A DNA stretch of 64,000 nt from Entomortierella parvispora E1425 (GCA_020891255.1 BQFW01000012.1:620001-684000); one strand, 5' to 3'; shown: positions 24,722 through 37,319, numbered from the stretch's first letter. Numbers and translations: made by a program. The notes: generated by a model not told the origin, from the letters alone.

Positions 24722-27700
24722 ATGCCTTTCCTCAAGGTCCTCGTGGCCCTGTATGATTACGATGCCAACACAGAAGAGGAACTGACTATCAAGGAGAATG
24801 ATGTTCTTTACCTTCTCGACGACTCGGACCCCGAATGGTGGAAGGCCAAGCTGAAGACGGCCGACCCCAACGAGCTCCATGTCGGACTCATTCCCAGCAA
24901 TTATGTTGAACCTGTAAGAATGCATTCCTCCCTCCCTCTCCCGCGCTCTCTCTTTTCATTGAGAGAACTGCCTGCTTCCCGGACCCATCTTCTTCATCAG
25001 GATCGACAGTGGCTATCCAGAGGATGATAAAAACCCATCTATGCTCTCACGGAAGAACTGTCATGTCTCGGCCCCCGTGTCGTCGTGTCGTGTGCCTGCT
25101 GGTCTTCAATTGTCGACTTCATATATGAATTAGCTGTCTGCAAATGCTCTCACGACATTCAGGAAAACGCCCACTCCACGCCTCATTGGATGCACTCTCA
25201 TCCTGGGAAAGGGCCATTGCCTTGGCCAAGCACCTGAGCACGGAGACAGACTGAATTCCGTACTGACTCGGTTCCTTCCAACTGAAAATAGCACCCCGAA
25301 GTTGCATCCGTCGTTGGAATGTACAAGTACGAGGCCACCACTGAAGAGGAGCTCTCCTTTGAGGAAGGCGACGCGCTCACGCTCTATGAACAGGACGATC
25401 CGGACTGGTTCCTGGTAGGCAATGGCACCCATGTGGGCTTTGTCCCTGCAAACTATGTCGAGGTAAGAGTCGACCTTTCTTCGTTATGCAATGACACCTT
25501 CGTAGGAAAGCGTCTAGGCTGTGGTTGATCTCGTATGGACGGGCCAGCTAACTATCGGCTTCTCTGTTGCAAAAAAAACCAGACTTCCGCAGGACAGGAA
25601 ACGGCGACAGAGCAGCACCAAGCCGAGTACGCAGAGGAGCAACACCAGGAGGAGCAGCAGCAGCATTATGAACAGGAACAACCCGTTTATGAAGAAGAAC
25701 CTGCAGAAGCCCCCCGATCTAACGGTAGCGCCTCGAGCGCACTGCCTGCGGAAAAGGATGATCTCAAGTTTTGGTCTGTCAACGTAAGATGCAAAGTGTC
25801 AACTTGACCTCAGGACGGATCAAGCTGTCTTATGCGTTGATTCTGATAACTCACCGTGGTCGTTTACTGCTCATCCCCAACCTAATGGATTAATAGGAGG
25901 TCGACAAGAAAAAGAAGAAAAAGAAGGGAAGCCTTGGTGTGGGCAACTTAACCATTTTCTTTGGAAGTGAAGAAGACAAGGTAAGGAGGCTGGGTCGCAA
26001 CAGCCCACTTGATATCACGCCGCTGCGGTTATTGTTGATTCTCCCCTGGTGCAGATTTGTTGATGCGCCATTCTACACCCTAGTCACCTGTACGCCAATG
26101 GTCTATCAAGGATGTGGACAAAGTCAGGCAGGAAAAGAAACACGTCTATTTGGACCTCGGCGGCTCTACTCCCGCCTCGTTCGACTTCCAGGCAGCTTCT
26201 AAGCAGGAGGCCGAGGCTATTTTCAATAAGATCCAAGAATCAAAGCAGAAGTCACGCATCTCTCGTCCTGCCGTCTCTGTTGCGGCTGTCCCTTCAGTTC
26301 GTGACTCTACCTCTACATACCAAACTGCCCAAGGTTCCCCTATCGCAAGCTCATCGCCTGCTCGCCATCAACCCGAGCCTGTCTATGAAGAGTCAGCATA
26401 CGAGGAACCACAGGAGGAGTATATCGAGCCTGAGCCAGTCTGTGAGGGTCGTTGGGCTGTTGCCATGTATGACTTCCAGGGCGAGACTGAAGAGGAGCTT
26501 ACTATCCGCGAGAATGATGAACTTTGGGTTTCAGACTACGTGAGCAGCGAGGAATGGTGGAAGTGCCAGCTTGGAGATCAAGTTGGCATTGTTCCAGCTT
26601 CATATATCAGGGTAAGTCGTGTTTGCTGATCCAGATGTATATGTTGGATGGTGCCGACAATGGTTACTCATATATGTTTCGTAATAATTGACCAATTAGT
26701 TTGCGGATGAGCCCCTTCCTGAAGAACCCATTGAAGAGCCTGCTCCTGAGCGTGCCGAGGACGTTGCTCCTCCCGCCCAGGCGCGCGCTGTACTAGCTCG
26801 TAAGTATCATCATCTCTGATGGCTTCCCAGTCGCTGATTAGGATACAAGTATTGTCCCGAATACTAGATATTAACTTTGGTCTCCTACTTTAATTATGCA
26901 GCCCCTACTCTCACCCCTATTGCCGTTGTCCCTACACCCAAGGCATCAGAATCTACAAAGAGAGAAGCCTCGTCCACTTCTTCAGCACCTGCTGCCAGCA
27001 CGCCTGCCGAGTCGACTGCTAAGAGTATGTTGGGTCATTCATATTTAAAGTGCCAGAACAATGTGATATGTAGACATAACTGACCTGGATTGTTCATTTA
27101 AAAACGTTTAGAGCCTCAAAATACCAGAATGTGGACCGATCGCTCAGGGAAGTACAAGGTCGAGGCGGAATATCTTGGATTCCATGATGGCAAGATTAGT
27201 TTGCACAAGCTGAACGGAGTCAAGATTGCGGTGCCTGTTCGTGAGATGTCTCAGGAGGATATCAACTACGTGGAAAAGGTGACGGGCATGAAGGTGACCG
27301 AGCCAGGTTTTGATTGGTACGACTTCTTCATCAAGGCCAGTATTGCTACCGAAGATGCTCTTCGTTATTCCACTGTTTTCAGAACTGAGAAAATGGACCA
27401 GAGCATTCTGCCCGAGTTGAGCCGTGACGTCTTGAAGGGACTCAATGTGAAGGAGGGCGATATCATCAGAATTCGTAAGGCTATCGGCCTCAGCACCAGT
27501 TCTCCCACCTCACCCGAAACGACTGGAACCAAGCCAAAGAAGTCAGTCAGCTTTGCAGGAACAGGAGCTGTGGACGACAGAGAGATGGCCATGAAGCTCC
27601 AGGCGGAGGAAGTCTCCATCTCGCGTACGTCTGGAGCCTCCTTAGCCGAGCAGCGCCGACAGCAGGAGTTGGCGGATGAGCAACTGGCACGTGAGCTTCA

Positions 27701-30376
27701 GGAACGCGAGAACTCCTCCAACCGTGTCCCTGTATTTGGATCCAAGAAAGCTGAGCCTCAACGCAAGAGTAAGAATATCATTGCGCAAGAATAATCACAA
27801 GGCAAAGGTGTTTTTTCCATGATGTACTAACCTATATGTTATTTTTTTTTAGATACTCGTCCAAAAGCCAGCACTACTGCTCCTAAAAGCATTGATTCCA
27901 CTGAGTTCACAAAAATCAGCTCTGCCCTCACCAACAGTTCCAAGAGCTCGACATCTGCTGCAAAGAGCAAGCAGGCCGCAGGATCAAAGCCAGCAGCAGG
28001 ATCCTCTTCTGCTAATCTCGCATTTGATGATGATGCATGGGAGGTCCGCGACCCTAAGCTGCTCGCATTTGACTACGACAACTGGAAGGTCCAGAACAGA
28101 GATAACGAGGATGAGTGGATCGAGAAGTTTGCTCAAGGCACTGCACCCAGGATCATGGAGCCCGAGGAAGAAGAAAAACCTAGCACGCCAGAGCCTAACT
28201 TGCTCGGAGGTTCATCTTCACCTGCGGGACGTCCCAGACCTGGAGCCCCTGGCAGAACTGACAGCAACAACTCATTGAGCTCTCTTGGACTGACTGCGCC
28301 TATTGCCCCCGCTACATCATCATCCACAGCTTCCCCTGTCGCCAAACCTGCGACACCCACTGTGGTTCCTGGATCGCTTAGTGCCATTGCTCTGACACAG
28401 GCTGAAGAAGCCGAGAAGGTGAAGCAACAGATGCAGCAGATCAAGGATAAGCAAGCTGCTGATAGTGTTAAGAAGGAACTGGAGCAGGTCAAGCAGCAAC
28501 AGCAACTTTTGCAACAGGCGGTTGTACAGCAGGCGACTCAGAACCAGCAGTTGATGCAGACGATTCGTCGCATGGCCCCCCCACCACCTGTGTCATCTGG
28601 TCGCCTTCCCCCACCATTGGTGCCTGTCAACTCTACAGGACCTCTTCGGTTCATTCCCACGCATCCTACGGGTCAGGTGCGTCCTCCCCCACCACCTCCA
28701 GCTCCTTACAGCACTGCCTCCATCGGTCTCCCCTCGTTGCAGCAGCAGATGACGGGCATCAACCCTCAGATGACTGGAATGCGGCCCATCGTAAGCCAGC
28801 CTACCGGTGTCGCCTCATGGCAGAACGCAAGTACGTATCTATCCTGAGAAGGAAGAAAAGGCTCTTCATTTTATTATGTAATTTCTAACCCATTCATTGT
28901 CTTGTCTTTGCATTAGCTCCATCGAATCCCTTCGGAATTGGAGCAATTGCTGTTAACCCTACTGGCATGTCGAGGGCGCCTCAGGGCATTATGGCCGCAC
29001 GCTCTGCTCCTCCTGTGCCTACACCTTTCATCAACAGGAGCTTGGGACAGGCGCCACCACCTCCCCCTGCCCCCATGCAAAACAACATGATGACTGGATT
29101 CAACAACAATAACAACATGAGTCCTTTGAACAACATGAGGACAGGCATGGCAGGAGGCATCAATGCCAATATGACTGGCATGTCCTCGGCCCCCATGCAA
29201 CAGAGCGCGCGGTTCCAGACCCCCGCAATGACAGGAATGAGCAGTGGTCCCACACTGAACACTTTGGCGACCATGCAGTCTGCCCAGTTCCAGTCACCGG
29301 TCATGACGGGAATGAACAGTGGCAACAACAACAATAGCAACAACAACAACTTTGGTGGCCTCCAGAACAACATGACCGGCATGAACATGAACAACAACAA
29401 CAACAGCCCACAATTCCAGACGCCAATGATGACTGGCATGAACAACAACAATAACAACAGTAGCAACAACAGCTTTGGCGGACTCCAGAACAACATGACT
29501 GGAATGAACAACAACAATTTGTCAAGCATGAACAACCTCGGCAACAATAGTATGTTGAACAAATCACCGTCGCTGTCCAACAGCAACTTTGGTAATCGGT
29601 CATCGCCCCTGGGACAGTCTCGGATCCTGCAGACTCCCACATCGTCCTCTTTGTCCGGCTTTGGAGGCGGCAGCAGTTTTGGCAACAACAACAATAATAA
29701 TAACATGGGCGGTGGACTCGGCGCCAGCAGCCTTGGCAGCGGCGGCAGTTTGACGCCCTTGCAAGCTCAACCGACCGGAAACTTGCCCATGGCTTCGTCA
29801 TACATGCGTGCCCCAACGACGTCCATGGGATCTGGGTTTAACAGCAACCAGATGACGGGAATGGGCAACAACAACAACTCGATGATGAGCTCCAACATGA
29901 CGGGTATGAACAACGGCATGAACGGTATGGGCGGAGGCGGCCTCAACAACAATATGACTGGCATGAACAATAACATGACCGGCATGAACAACAACAACAA
30001 CTCGATGGGATCTAGTTTCAACAACAACCAGATGACCGGAATGAACGGAATGAACAACAACAACTTGATGGGCTCTGGCTTCAATAATAACCAGATGGGA
30101 TCCATGAACTCAAACATGACCGGTATGGGCAACAACATGGGATCTGGTGGATTCAGTAATAACAACAACCAGATGGGTTCCATGATGCCTCAAATGACCG
30201 GAATGGGCAACAACCAAATGATGGGTGCCAATATGACGGGCATGAACGGCATGAACAACATGGGCAACAACATGGGAAACAATATGGGCAACAATATGGG
30301 TAACAACATGGGTAACAACATGGGCAACAATATGAACAACATGGGCAACAACGGACAGTTCCAGAGGAACTGGTAA
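24722..30376 (+). CDS. SLA1: Endocytic adaptor Sla1/Shd1 (3 SH3, SHD1, SAM-like SHD2, low-complexity MTG-repeat tail)
   Basis: Three SH3 domains (ALYDY...WWKA...GLIPSNYVE; MYKY...DWF...GFVPANYVE; AMYDF...EWWKC...GIVPASYI), SHD1 (RMWTDRSGKYKVEAEYLGFHDGKISLHKLNGVKIAVP), FDWYDFFIKA...LNVKEGDIIRI, and an N/M/G-rich tail. Confidence 0.93.
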
Positions 30377-30611
30377 AGCCCTTCTAAATATTACCAACTT
30401 CTAAGGAAATAAATAAAACAAAAATGGAAGAATTGTTTTGGAAGTTGGCGCGTTGGCATTTCTGCAGATCGCGGGTTGCATTTTTATCTTTCAGTATCAG
30501 TGATATCTGTCTGGGGAACGAAAACATTGACACATTGTTGGAACTCCCACAAGGGCCATTCAAAAGAACAGCAGGGGTAAACGGTGGGAAACCAGTGTCA
30601 AGAAGTTAATG

Positions 30612-32155
30612 TTATCTCGTAAAACTACGGGTGAGCAAGGACTGAGTTGTGGGCTGCCTGTAAAGTCGTATAGATGCCAGCTTTATCCCTGTGACCAGTC
30701 GTATCCAACTATTGGAGTAGCGCTCGCGGTAACGACTCGTCAAGCTCTGTGTGTTGCCAAATTCCGACATCATACTGTTGTAAAAGAGCTCCATATCGAC
30801 AGGCGACCATCCAACCTGCAGAAAAGCGTCCACCAACTTGTCCGAGATCTCCAAAAATATATTCCGGACCTCCTTTTGTTGATTGATCATGCACCCGACC
30901 GAGAGCATATTACGAAGGACAACTTTGAAATTACTCTGTATCCGTTCCAGAACCGGCGGGTGTGCTGACTGTGCCAAGTTGTTGGACACTCGATTCCGTA
31001 ACTCATCCAATACAGACCGGTCGTTCAACATCAACGCCTTGAGATCACGCACATCCTGAGCCAAGTGCGGATCAAATGCTGGCAAGGTGTCCATAGTTGG
31101 CGCCGTCCAGTATTGCATGAAAACCTCTCCACAGTATTCAAAATCCGTAAATTGGTAACATGAAAGTCGTTTCCTGAAAGTATCCAGTTTGTTGTCCGCT
31201 ATAAAGAGGATATGGGCGTATTGCCTAGACAAGATGAAGGGTAACGTTCAGGTTAGAGGTTTGAGCTACGGACAATGTATTGGTGGATCCAGTGAACCGT
31301 TGGTATCATTTTCTGCCTTAAACACCAACCTTGCAAGATGATGCGGCAATAGAAACTGGTGCTCAATGTCTTGTACTAGATTCCGGCCTTCTGCATCTTC
31401 GACCTTTTTCATAACACGCTTGAGATTGTCGAACTATCATCGGTGGAGGGGTAATCAAGTCAGTTTCCTGCTTTTTAGCGACTTCCAATATCTGATGATT
31501 TGTTTGTAAGACGCCTATTGAAGTACCTGACGACGACAACTGGTGAGCTTCACGCCAGTCTTTTCATGAACCTCGTCCAGATCTTTCCTGGTTCTTGAGT
31601 TCAGCTTCTTGCCCAGGATTTCTCTTATCACAGCCTCATCAAAGCTGTAATACCTACAAGGATCGAATTGACAAAAGGTCAGTGGGTGCCACCCAAACAG
31701 ATCGAAAAGAACATCCAGTTAGATCGCCTCCCGATCGTTAATACCTCTCGATCAAGTGCTGCCTCGCACTCTGTGACAAGGGAAACATGAATTGCCCGGC
31801 AAAATGCCTAGGGTGGTGCAGATAATGATGCATCATTTCGTACGTCCTGAACTGGGAGGTGATGTAGCTTTTGAGGACACGCGAAGGGACTGGGGGTTGG
31901 ATGGCAGGCATACGTAGGATCGTCGCTTGGTCAACTACAGAGGAAAAAATACGCGATGTTAAAAATAAAGTGAAAGTTTCTTTGCCAGCTGAATGGAGAG
32001 CATTGACTCCAACATGCAGAGTCCCTCTCCCTCTCTCTCGCCCCAGTGGCCCAAGCTATTGCTCGTGCATTACCATTATGTCCCAGAAGCCAGAGCTGCA
32101 AGATTGATTCATCCAGCACCACAGCGCTGGACGTGGTCACCATCCATTCAGACAT
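30612..32155 (-). CDS. FIBP: Acidic fibroblast growth factor intracellular-binding protein (FIBP) homolog
   Basis: Spliced translation matches remembered FIBP motifs: [120 protein letters not shown]. Confidence 0.9.
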
Positions 32156-32428
32156 TGAGGACTAAAGTACAAAAAGTGGGTGGAGCGTGGGGAAAGCGAA
32201 TGGAAGGAGATGAAATGCGTGTTCTCTGCAGCCTTCTTGGACCTGAAGAATTCGCAGGGAGATGGTAGAATAGCACAACAGAGACACACAGATGCAACTA
32301 GATGCCCTGCGAGAATGGAGACAAAGGAGCTGTTGGAGGAGTAAAAGAAAGAGAAAAAAAAAACGTTCATGGGATGAAGAGAACTGAAAAGAAATCGCAT
32401 ATAGGTCACGTGAGAATTGCATTGCCGC

Positions 32429-32447
32429 TGCATGCATGCATGCATTC
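32429..32447. repeat. (TGCA)n self-complementary alternating purine-pyrimidine tract in the FIBP/HIT1 divergent promoter
   Basis: Read directly: ctgcatgcatgcatgcatt. An E-box CACGTG lies about 20 bp upstream. Confidence 0.6.
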
Positions 32448-32530
32448 ATTCTTTTTCTTTTCTTTTTCTAAACTTCTTCTTGATCGCCACCTTCTCATCT
32501 CAAGACATCAAGAGAGATCGAAAACAACCA

Positions 32531-33312
32531 ATGGACAAAACAAAAAAGATCTGTGGTGTATGCAACACCAACCAGTCGAAATACAAATGCCCAACATGCA
32601 CTCTACCCTAGTATGTGGATTTCAGATCAGCATGATCGTACTGCATTCTTGGACTGGTTCACAACAAAAATTTTCAGGGGATCATGAACAACTATTAACT
32701 CACATGGACGTTGTCGCCATCATAGCTGCTCATTAGTATGCTACAAAACCCACAAAGGTAAAAAAAAACAAAGCAAGTGGGCGATCCAGGACCTCGGTGA
32801 TCTGTTGGATCACAGCTAACCCACCCCTCTACATATCAAATGACTCCAGAACAACCTTGCGTTAAGCCAGAACCTATCCCTGAGCCAGGTAAAGCCCAAA
32901 ATCCACTTGACCAGCCTAGAACCCTTCTTAATATCCATAGGTCAACCAAACTAACAAGCGTAATGGTATTGCTCGTTGGTGATTATATTCAGAAACGATA
33001 CCAGTCCCTCCGGTAGAGCCCAAACCAGACTATCTGAAGGAGGAATCTGTAGCCATGTTGAACGACGAACAATTGGGGCGTATCTCCAAATCAGCCAGTA
33101 TCCAGGAAATGCTTAAGGACGAGAGGTTAAGACGGCTCATCAAAATGATAGATACAAGCGAGAATCCAGAGTATCTGCTGGACAAGTCAAGAAAGGAAGA
33201 TCAACGATTCATGGAATTTTCAGAAGAGATCCTCGCCATTGTAGGACGTGCGCCTGGAGATACTGGAGTTCAACAAGCATTGGAAGCTTTGGGTATGCCT
33301 GCCCGTAACTGA
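32531..33312 (+). CDS. ZNHIT3: Zinc finger HIT domain protein 3 (Hit1/ZNHIT3, box C/D snoRNP assembly)
   Basis: CGVCNTNQSKYKCPTCTLP/YCSLVCYKTHK zf-HIT finger, and C-terminal IQEMLKDERLRRLIKMIDTSENP...FMEFSEEILAIV. Confidence 0.88.
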
Positions 33313-33560
33313 TTTATATTTTAGAGAATCATCACCATGTACATTAAAGAAACTTTGCATCAGAGAATCTACAACATTGAGTCTCGGGCTGAGTGCATCA
33401 GTGTCGCCGTGATGAATACGATGAGATCGGAGTGCCGACCTACGAAAGATGGTTGATGATGGTTCTAAAAGCTGCTGACGCCGCTGTCCAGCACGAATGT
33501 CGGTACAAGAGTATTTAAACACGCAAGGTCCTTGGCATGGTGCACACTCATACCCACAGC

Positions 33561-34139
33561 ATGCCATTAAACTTCTCTCAACTCAGCATGATTGCCGCCA
33601 TTTTCTTGTCCCTCGCCTGGTGCACGCTCCTTCCAATCCCCGCTCGAGCCCAGTCTGGTGACGGTACTCTAGTCCAATTTCCTGCATCGTCGTCATCTTG
33701 TGTTGCCTGCCAGCCAGCGTTTGCATCATCGGCTTGCCAGACTATCCTAAATTCGATCTCCCAAGGATCTTCCAACCCAATCTCGAACGCGACCCTGGCC
33801 AGCTGCCAATGCTCAAGCACTTTCCTGAGTTTGTACTCGAGCTGTGTTCAGTGTTTCCAAGACACCAACCAGGTGTCGTTGGTGTTTGGAAGCTCTCAAG
33901 CTCCTACTCAGGCTAGCCTGCAGACCTACTGCAATGCTGTCAACCCCCAGGGAACTACGACCACCACCACTGTGACCACAGTGACGGTGACCAAGACTTC
34001 AGGCTCTGGAAAGCCAACATCCACCTCGAATCCAAGTTCAGCCATGATATTGAGAGTTACACCTGAGGGCCAGAGGTGGACGGTTCTCTACTCGGTGTTG
34101 GCTGCGGCTGTGCTCGGATACATGGTGATGTTGTCTTAA
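33561..34139 (+). CDS. Secreted 8-Cys extracellular protein with a Ser/Thr stalk and probable GPI anchor
   Basis: Intronless. Signal peptide (MIAAIFLSLAWCTLLPIPARA), domain with CxxC...C...CxC...CxxC...C, poly-Thr stalk, hydrophobic C-terminus (WTVLYSVLAAAVLGYMVMLS). Confidence 0.8.
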   Translation: MPLNFSQLSMIAAIFLSLAWCTLLPIPARAQSGDGTLVQFPASSSSCVACQPAFASSACQTILNSISQGSSNPISNATLASCQCSSTFLSLYSSCVQCFQDTNQVSLVFGSSQAPTQASLQTYCNAVNPQGTTTTTTVTTVTVTKTSGSGKPTSTSNPSSAMILRVTPEGQRWTVLYSVLAAAVLGYMVMLS

Positions 34140-34712
34140 CGTGACACCCACCACTGCTCAATACAAAGACAGCGGGCATGATAACGTGTCAAATACCCTC
34201 GTTTGAAGTTCGCCTCAATCACGTCAATAAAGGCAACAACAAAAAAAACAGAAAATTTTGGTGGCAAAGGGGCAAAAGCGCGCGAATGCAACGATCGCCA
34301 TTGGTGCTGATACAATATTATCAAGGCAACGGTCGCCAGAAGGACGGGATGTAGATCATGATGACCGCACGACTGCAAAAGAAAAAAAAAGACTGGGGTT
34401 TGGTCGCGATAGTGGAATGATATCATCATCACCGCACCAGCACTTTGCGCTCGAGTGACTGCCGGTCCGAGATCGTAAAAACGGCGAACGCGTTTTCATT
34501 TTCCTCCTTTTCTTCACTCCTGTTGCATCCCCTTCCCTCCCTCTCTTTCATTCACAAACACACACACACGCCTTTTCTTTCCCAGGCCGCACGCCTGTTT
34601 TACTCTTTTCATTCTTAATCGCCACAGTCCCCCACCAACATCGTCACTGCTTCCACTACTCGCTCACCAAACAGACTAGACACCCATTCTATATCAACGA
34701 AACAACTTCATC

Positions 34713-37148
34713 ATGACACACAACACCATCAGTACACACACAGTCAAAGATGGCGCCACCACAACCATCGTCACTCGCACAACCACCATTGTCTCCGAGC
34801 ACCGTGAAGTCCTGGCCGAGCCCAAGGAGTCTGTTCGAGGAGTTGTCGAGAATGTTCGCCAAGGTCTCCGTGATTATTGGTTCCCCTTCCACTCTAGCGA
34901 AAGCGACGACGATGATGATGACGCTGAGGAGCCAGAGTCCTATCAAAACCCCTCACTCTTTCATGGCAAGAGCGTGATGCGTCGCGCATACGACTACTGG
35001 AAAACTCTCACACAAGATGCAGATGAAGCCGCAAAGGAGCTGGTGGTTCAAGCCAAGGCTGCCCGTGATGCTGCTGCGGCAGAGGCCAAGTGGGCCTACC
35101 TCGGTTACAAGAAGGAGGCTCGAGAGGCCTTTGAAGTCGCAGATCAAGAGTACCGAGATGCTCTTGCCGCTGCAGAGCGTGTGCATGAGGAGGCGCATGA
35201 GAAAGCCAAGAGGAAGTGGTTCCAGGCCGTAGACAAGACGGAGCAAGAAGTAGGGGAGATCAAGGATCAAGCCAGCGAGGTTACACACAAGAAGTGGGAC
35301 CGCTTTAAGGCCGCTGTCAACTCTTTGGCCTTTAACCCCCCAAAATACGGATGCAGTCCGAGCTCCCAGTATTGGTTCTCACGCCAGAATCCCTCTGCAG
35401 ACTCTGGATGGGATTGCAGAGAGATCTGGGATCACCGAAGTCGTAACAGCCAGGGCATTACGATCAAGTCCCTGCCCAAGAAGCAGCTGCCCATCGAGAA
35501 GGTACACGACACTTTGACAGATCTCTTCCATCAAGCCGGCAAGAAGGCACAGTCTGCACCATCGGCCACGTCCTTTGAATCAAGTTTAAAGCCCGTGCGA
35601 GACTACTTCAACAATCTCTTGGATCGTGTTGCTCGCAAGGAAGAAGGTGCGCTAGAGGAGCTGGATCTGATGGCAGACAAGGTCAAGGACAAGTTGAACG
35701 AAGCAAAGTTCTACGAGGAGCAGACGGACTCTTGGTTGTCTGCACAGTGGAATGCTGTTGTGCATAATGCCGGCGATGCAAAGGACCAGTACGAGCGAGC
35801 ATTCAGGAATACAGTGAAGAACATCCAAAGATCTCGTGCCGAGGCCTACAACTCCCTTCTGAACAACCTGCAGAAGAATGTGAACCTGGCCCGTAACAAT
35901 GTCAGGGAGGCGATCCGCTCCACCAAAACCCACGCCGATATGTCGCGTGTGCACCAGGCCATCAGGGAGGCAACAGACTCCTTCACGACGACCATTCGTG
36001 ATGCCGATGCCAAGATCAAAACTGCTCCCAAGAACATTTATGATTCCGCCTTCGAGACCTACAGCAAAGACACGGCTCATCTACGTGCCAAGTTGGAACA
36101 TGCTGCTTCTGCTGCTTCCATGTCTGCCACATCTATCTCGCACAAAGTATCCAAGTCTGGTTCTTCCGCAGCCCATCAAGCGTCCAAGTCGGGCACATCT
36201 GCTATTCATCAAGCGTCAAAGGCAGGTGAATCTGTCCTTCACAAGGTGTCCAAGTCTGCTTCATCTGCTTCAGTTCATGCCTCAAAGTCGGTCAACTCCG
36301 CCATTCATCGCGCTACAGAGGATGCCAAGAACTTTGTCGATGACGCTGAGGATGCCGCATCCAGCAAGTACCGTTCTGTGACGGATAGTGTGCGTCATGG
36401 ATACGAGCAAGCTTCTGCAACGGCAAGCTCAGTCTGGAGCTCTGCCACACCACTCACCCACAAGGTTAGTGGCACCTATCACAAGGTGATTGGCGATGTC
36501 AAATCGCAGTGGTTTGATCAGCAGGATGCCGGTACCTTGAACATCAGCTCCGTGTATGTTGCAGCTTTGGGCATCTATTTCTTGTTCTTGGTTCGCCGCA
36601 TTTGGGCTGCACGCAACGTCAGCAGGATGACAGACCCCAGTCAAAAACTGTTTACCGTTGTCAAAAACGACCATTCACGTATCGATGAAACGAATGGCTC
36701 TCGTAAGTGTTTATTACCCTGTAGTCTGCCAAGTCACGTAGTCTTTCTCATGACTTTAATGACCCAACACCAAACTATCTTCTTGCAAACCGTAGGCGAG
36801 GCTGGTGTTGAAAAATTCAAGCGCAAGCCTGCCACCGAGGCCTCGTTGGAGAAAGAGCGCGATTCCTTCGGCACGATCGTGGCTCAATTCACGTCGGTTG
36901 TGCCCTTAACTTTGATCCTTTTGCTACTGTTGGAGCTTGGAGGTTTCTCTCGTTTGGCTCTTCATTCGCTGTTTGTCGGCCTCTTGACTTCGCAGCTTCT
37001 CCAAGGTGGCCTCCTGAATGGAACCTTGACGCAAATGGGTATCGTTGACGGAGTGCATGTGTCTGGTCGCGACATTGGAACCTATTTGTCCTGGTCCGTA
37101 CTGTTGATTGCGGCCTTTGCCAACACCGTGAAGGTCCTTGGTGCCTAA
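34713..37148 (+). CDS. Hypothetical large helical protein with LEA/apolipoprotein-like and 11-mer repeats and C-terminal TM segments
   Basis: 811-codon ORF with host-like codon use. Ala/Lys/Glu-rich helices, 11-aa repeats near 36133-36315, a TM near VYVAALGIYFLFLV and three more at the C-terminus. Probable 93-nt in-frame intron at 36703-36795. Confidence 0.85.
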   Translation: MTHNTISTHTVKDGATTTIVTRTTTIVSEHREVLAEPKESVRGVVENVRQGLRDYWFPFHSSESDDDDDDAEEPESYQNPSLFHGKSVMRRAYDYWKTLTQDADEAAKELVVQAKAARDAAAAEAKWAYLGYKKEAREAFEVADQEYRDALAAAERVHEEAHEKAKRKWFQAVDKTEQEVGEIKDQASEVTHKKWDRFKAAVNSLAFNPPKYGCSPSSQYWFSRQNPSADSGWDCREIWDHRSRNSQGITIKSLPKKQLPIEKVHDTLTDLFHQAGKKAQSAPSATSFESSLKPVRDYFNNLLDRVARKEEGALEELDLMADKVKDKLNEAKFYEEQTDSWLSAQWNAVVHNAGDAKDQYERAFRNTVKNIQRSRAEAYNSLLNNLQKNVNLARNNVREAIRSTKTHADMSRVHQAIREATDSFTTTIRDADAKIKTAPKNIYDSAFETYSKDTAHLRAKLEHAASAASMSATSISHKVSKSGSSAAHQASKSGTSAIHQASKAGESVLHKVSKSASSASVHASKSVNSAIHRATEDAKNFVDDAEDAASSKYRSVTDSVRHGYEQASATASSVWSSATPLTHKVSGTYHKVIGDVKSQWFDQQDAGTLNISSVYVAALGIYFLFLVRRIWAARNVSRMTDPSQKLFTVVKNDHSRIDETNGSRKCLLPCSLPSHVVFLMTLMTQHQTIFLQTVGEAGVEKFKRKPATEASLEKERDSFGTIVAQFTSVVPLTLILLLLLELGGFSRLALHSLFVGLLTSQLLQGGLLNGTLTQMGIVDGVHVSGRDIGTYLSWSVLLIAAFANTVKVLGA

Positions 37149-37319
37149 GATGGACCATAGGCGATCAATTGCTCCGAAATGACCTCTATGACACTCACTA
37201 CATTGCTTTCCATACGGCGTCTTGTCAATAAAAAAGAATGTGAAGCTTGATGTATTTTGAAGGTTTTATCTACTACATGCATGTAGGTGTATCTGGGATC
37301 AATCAGGACGGGCAATCAT

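Noticed and set aside
13869-36795. Three stop-free introns of 3n length (13869-13976, 19922-20029, 36703-36795) as regulated intron retention
   Set aside because: With several dozen introns in the window, a few in-frame stop-free introns are expected by chance. There is no further evidence without RNA-seq.
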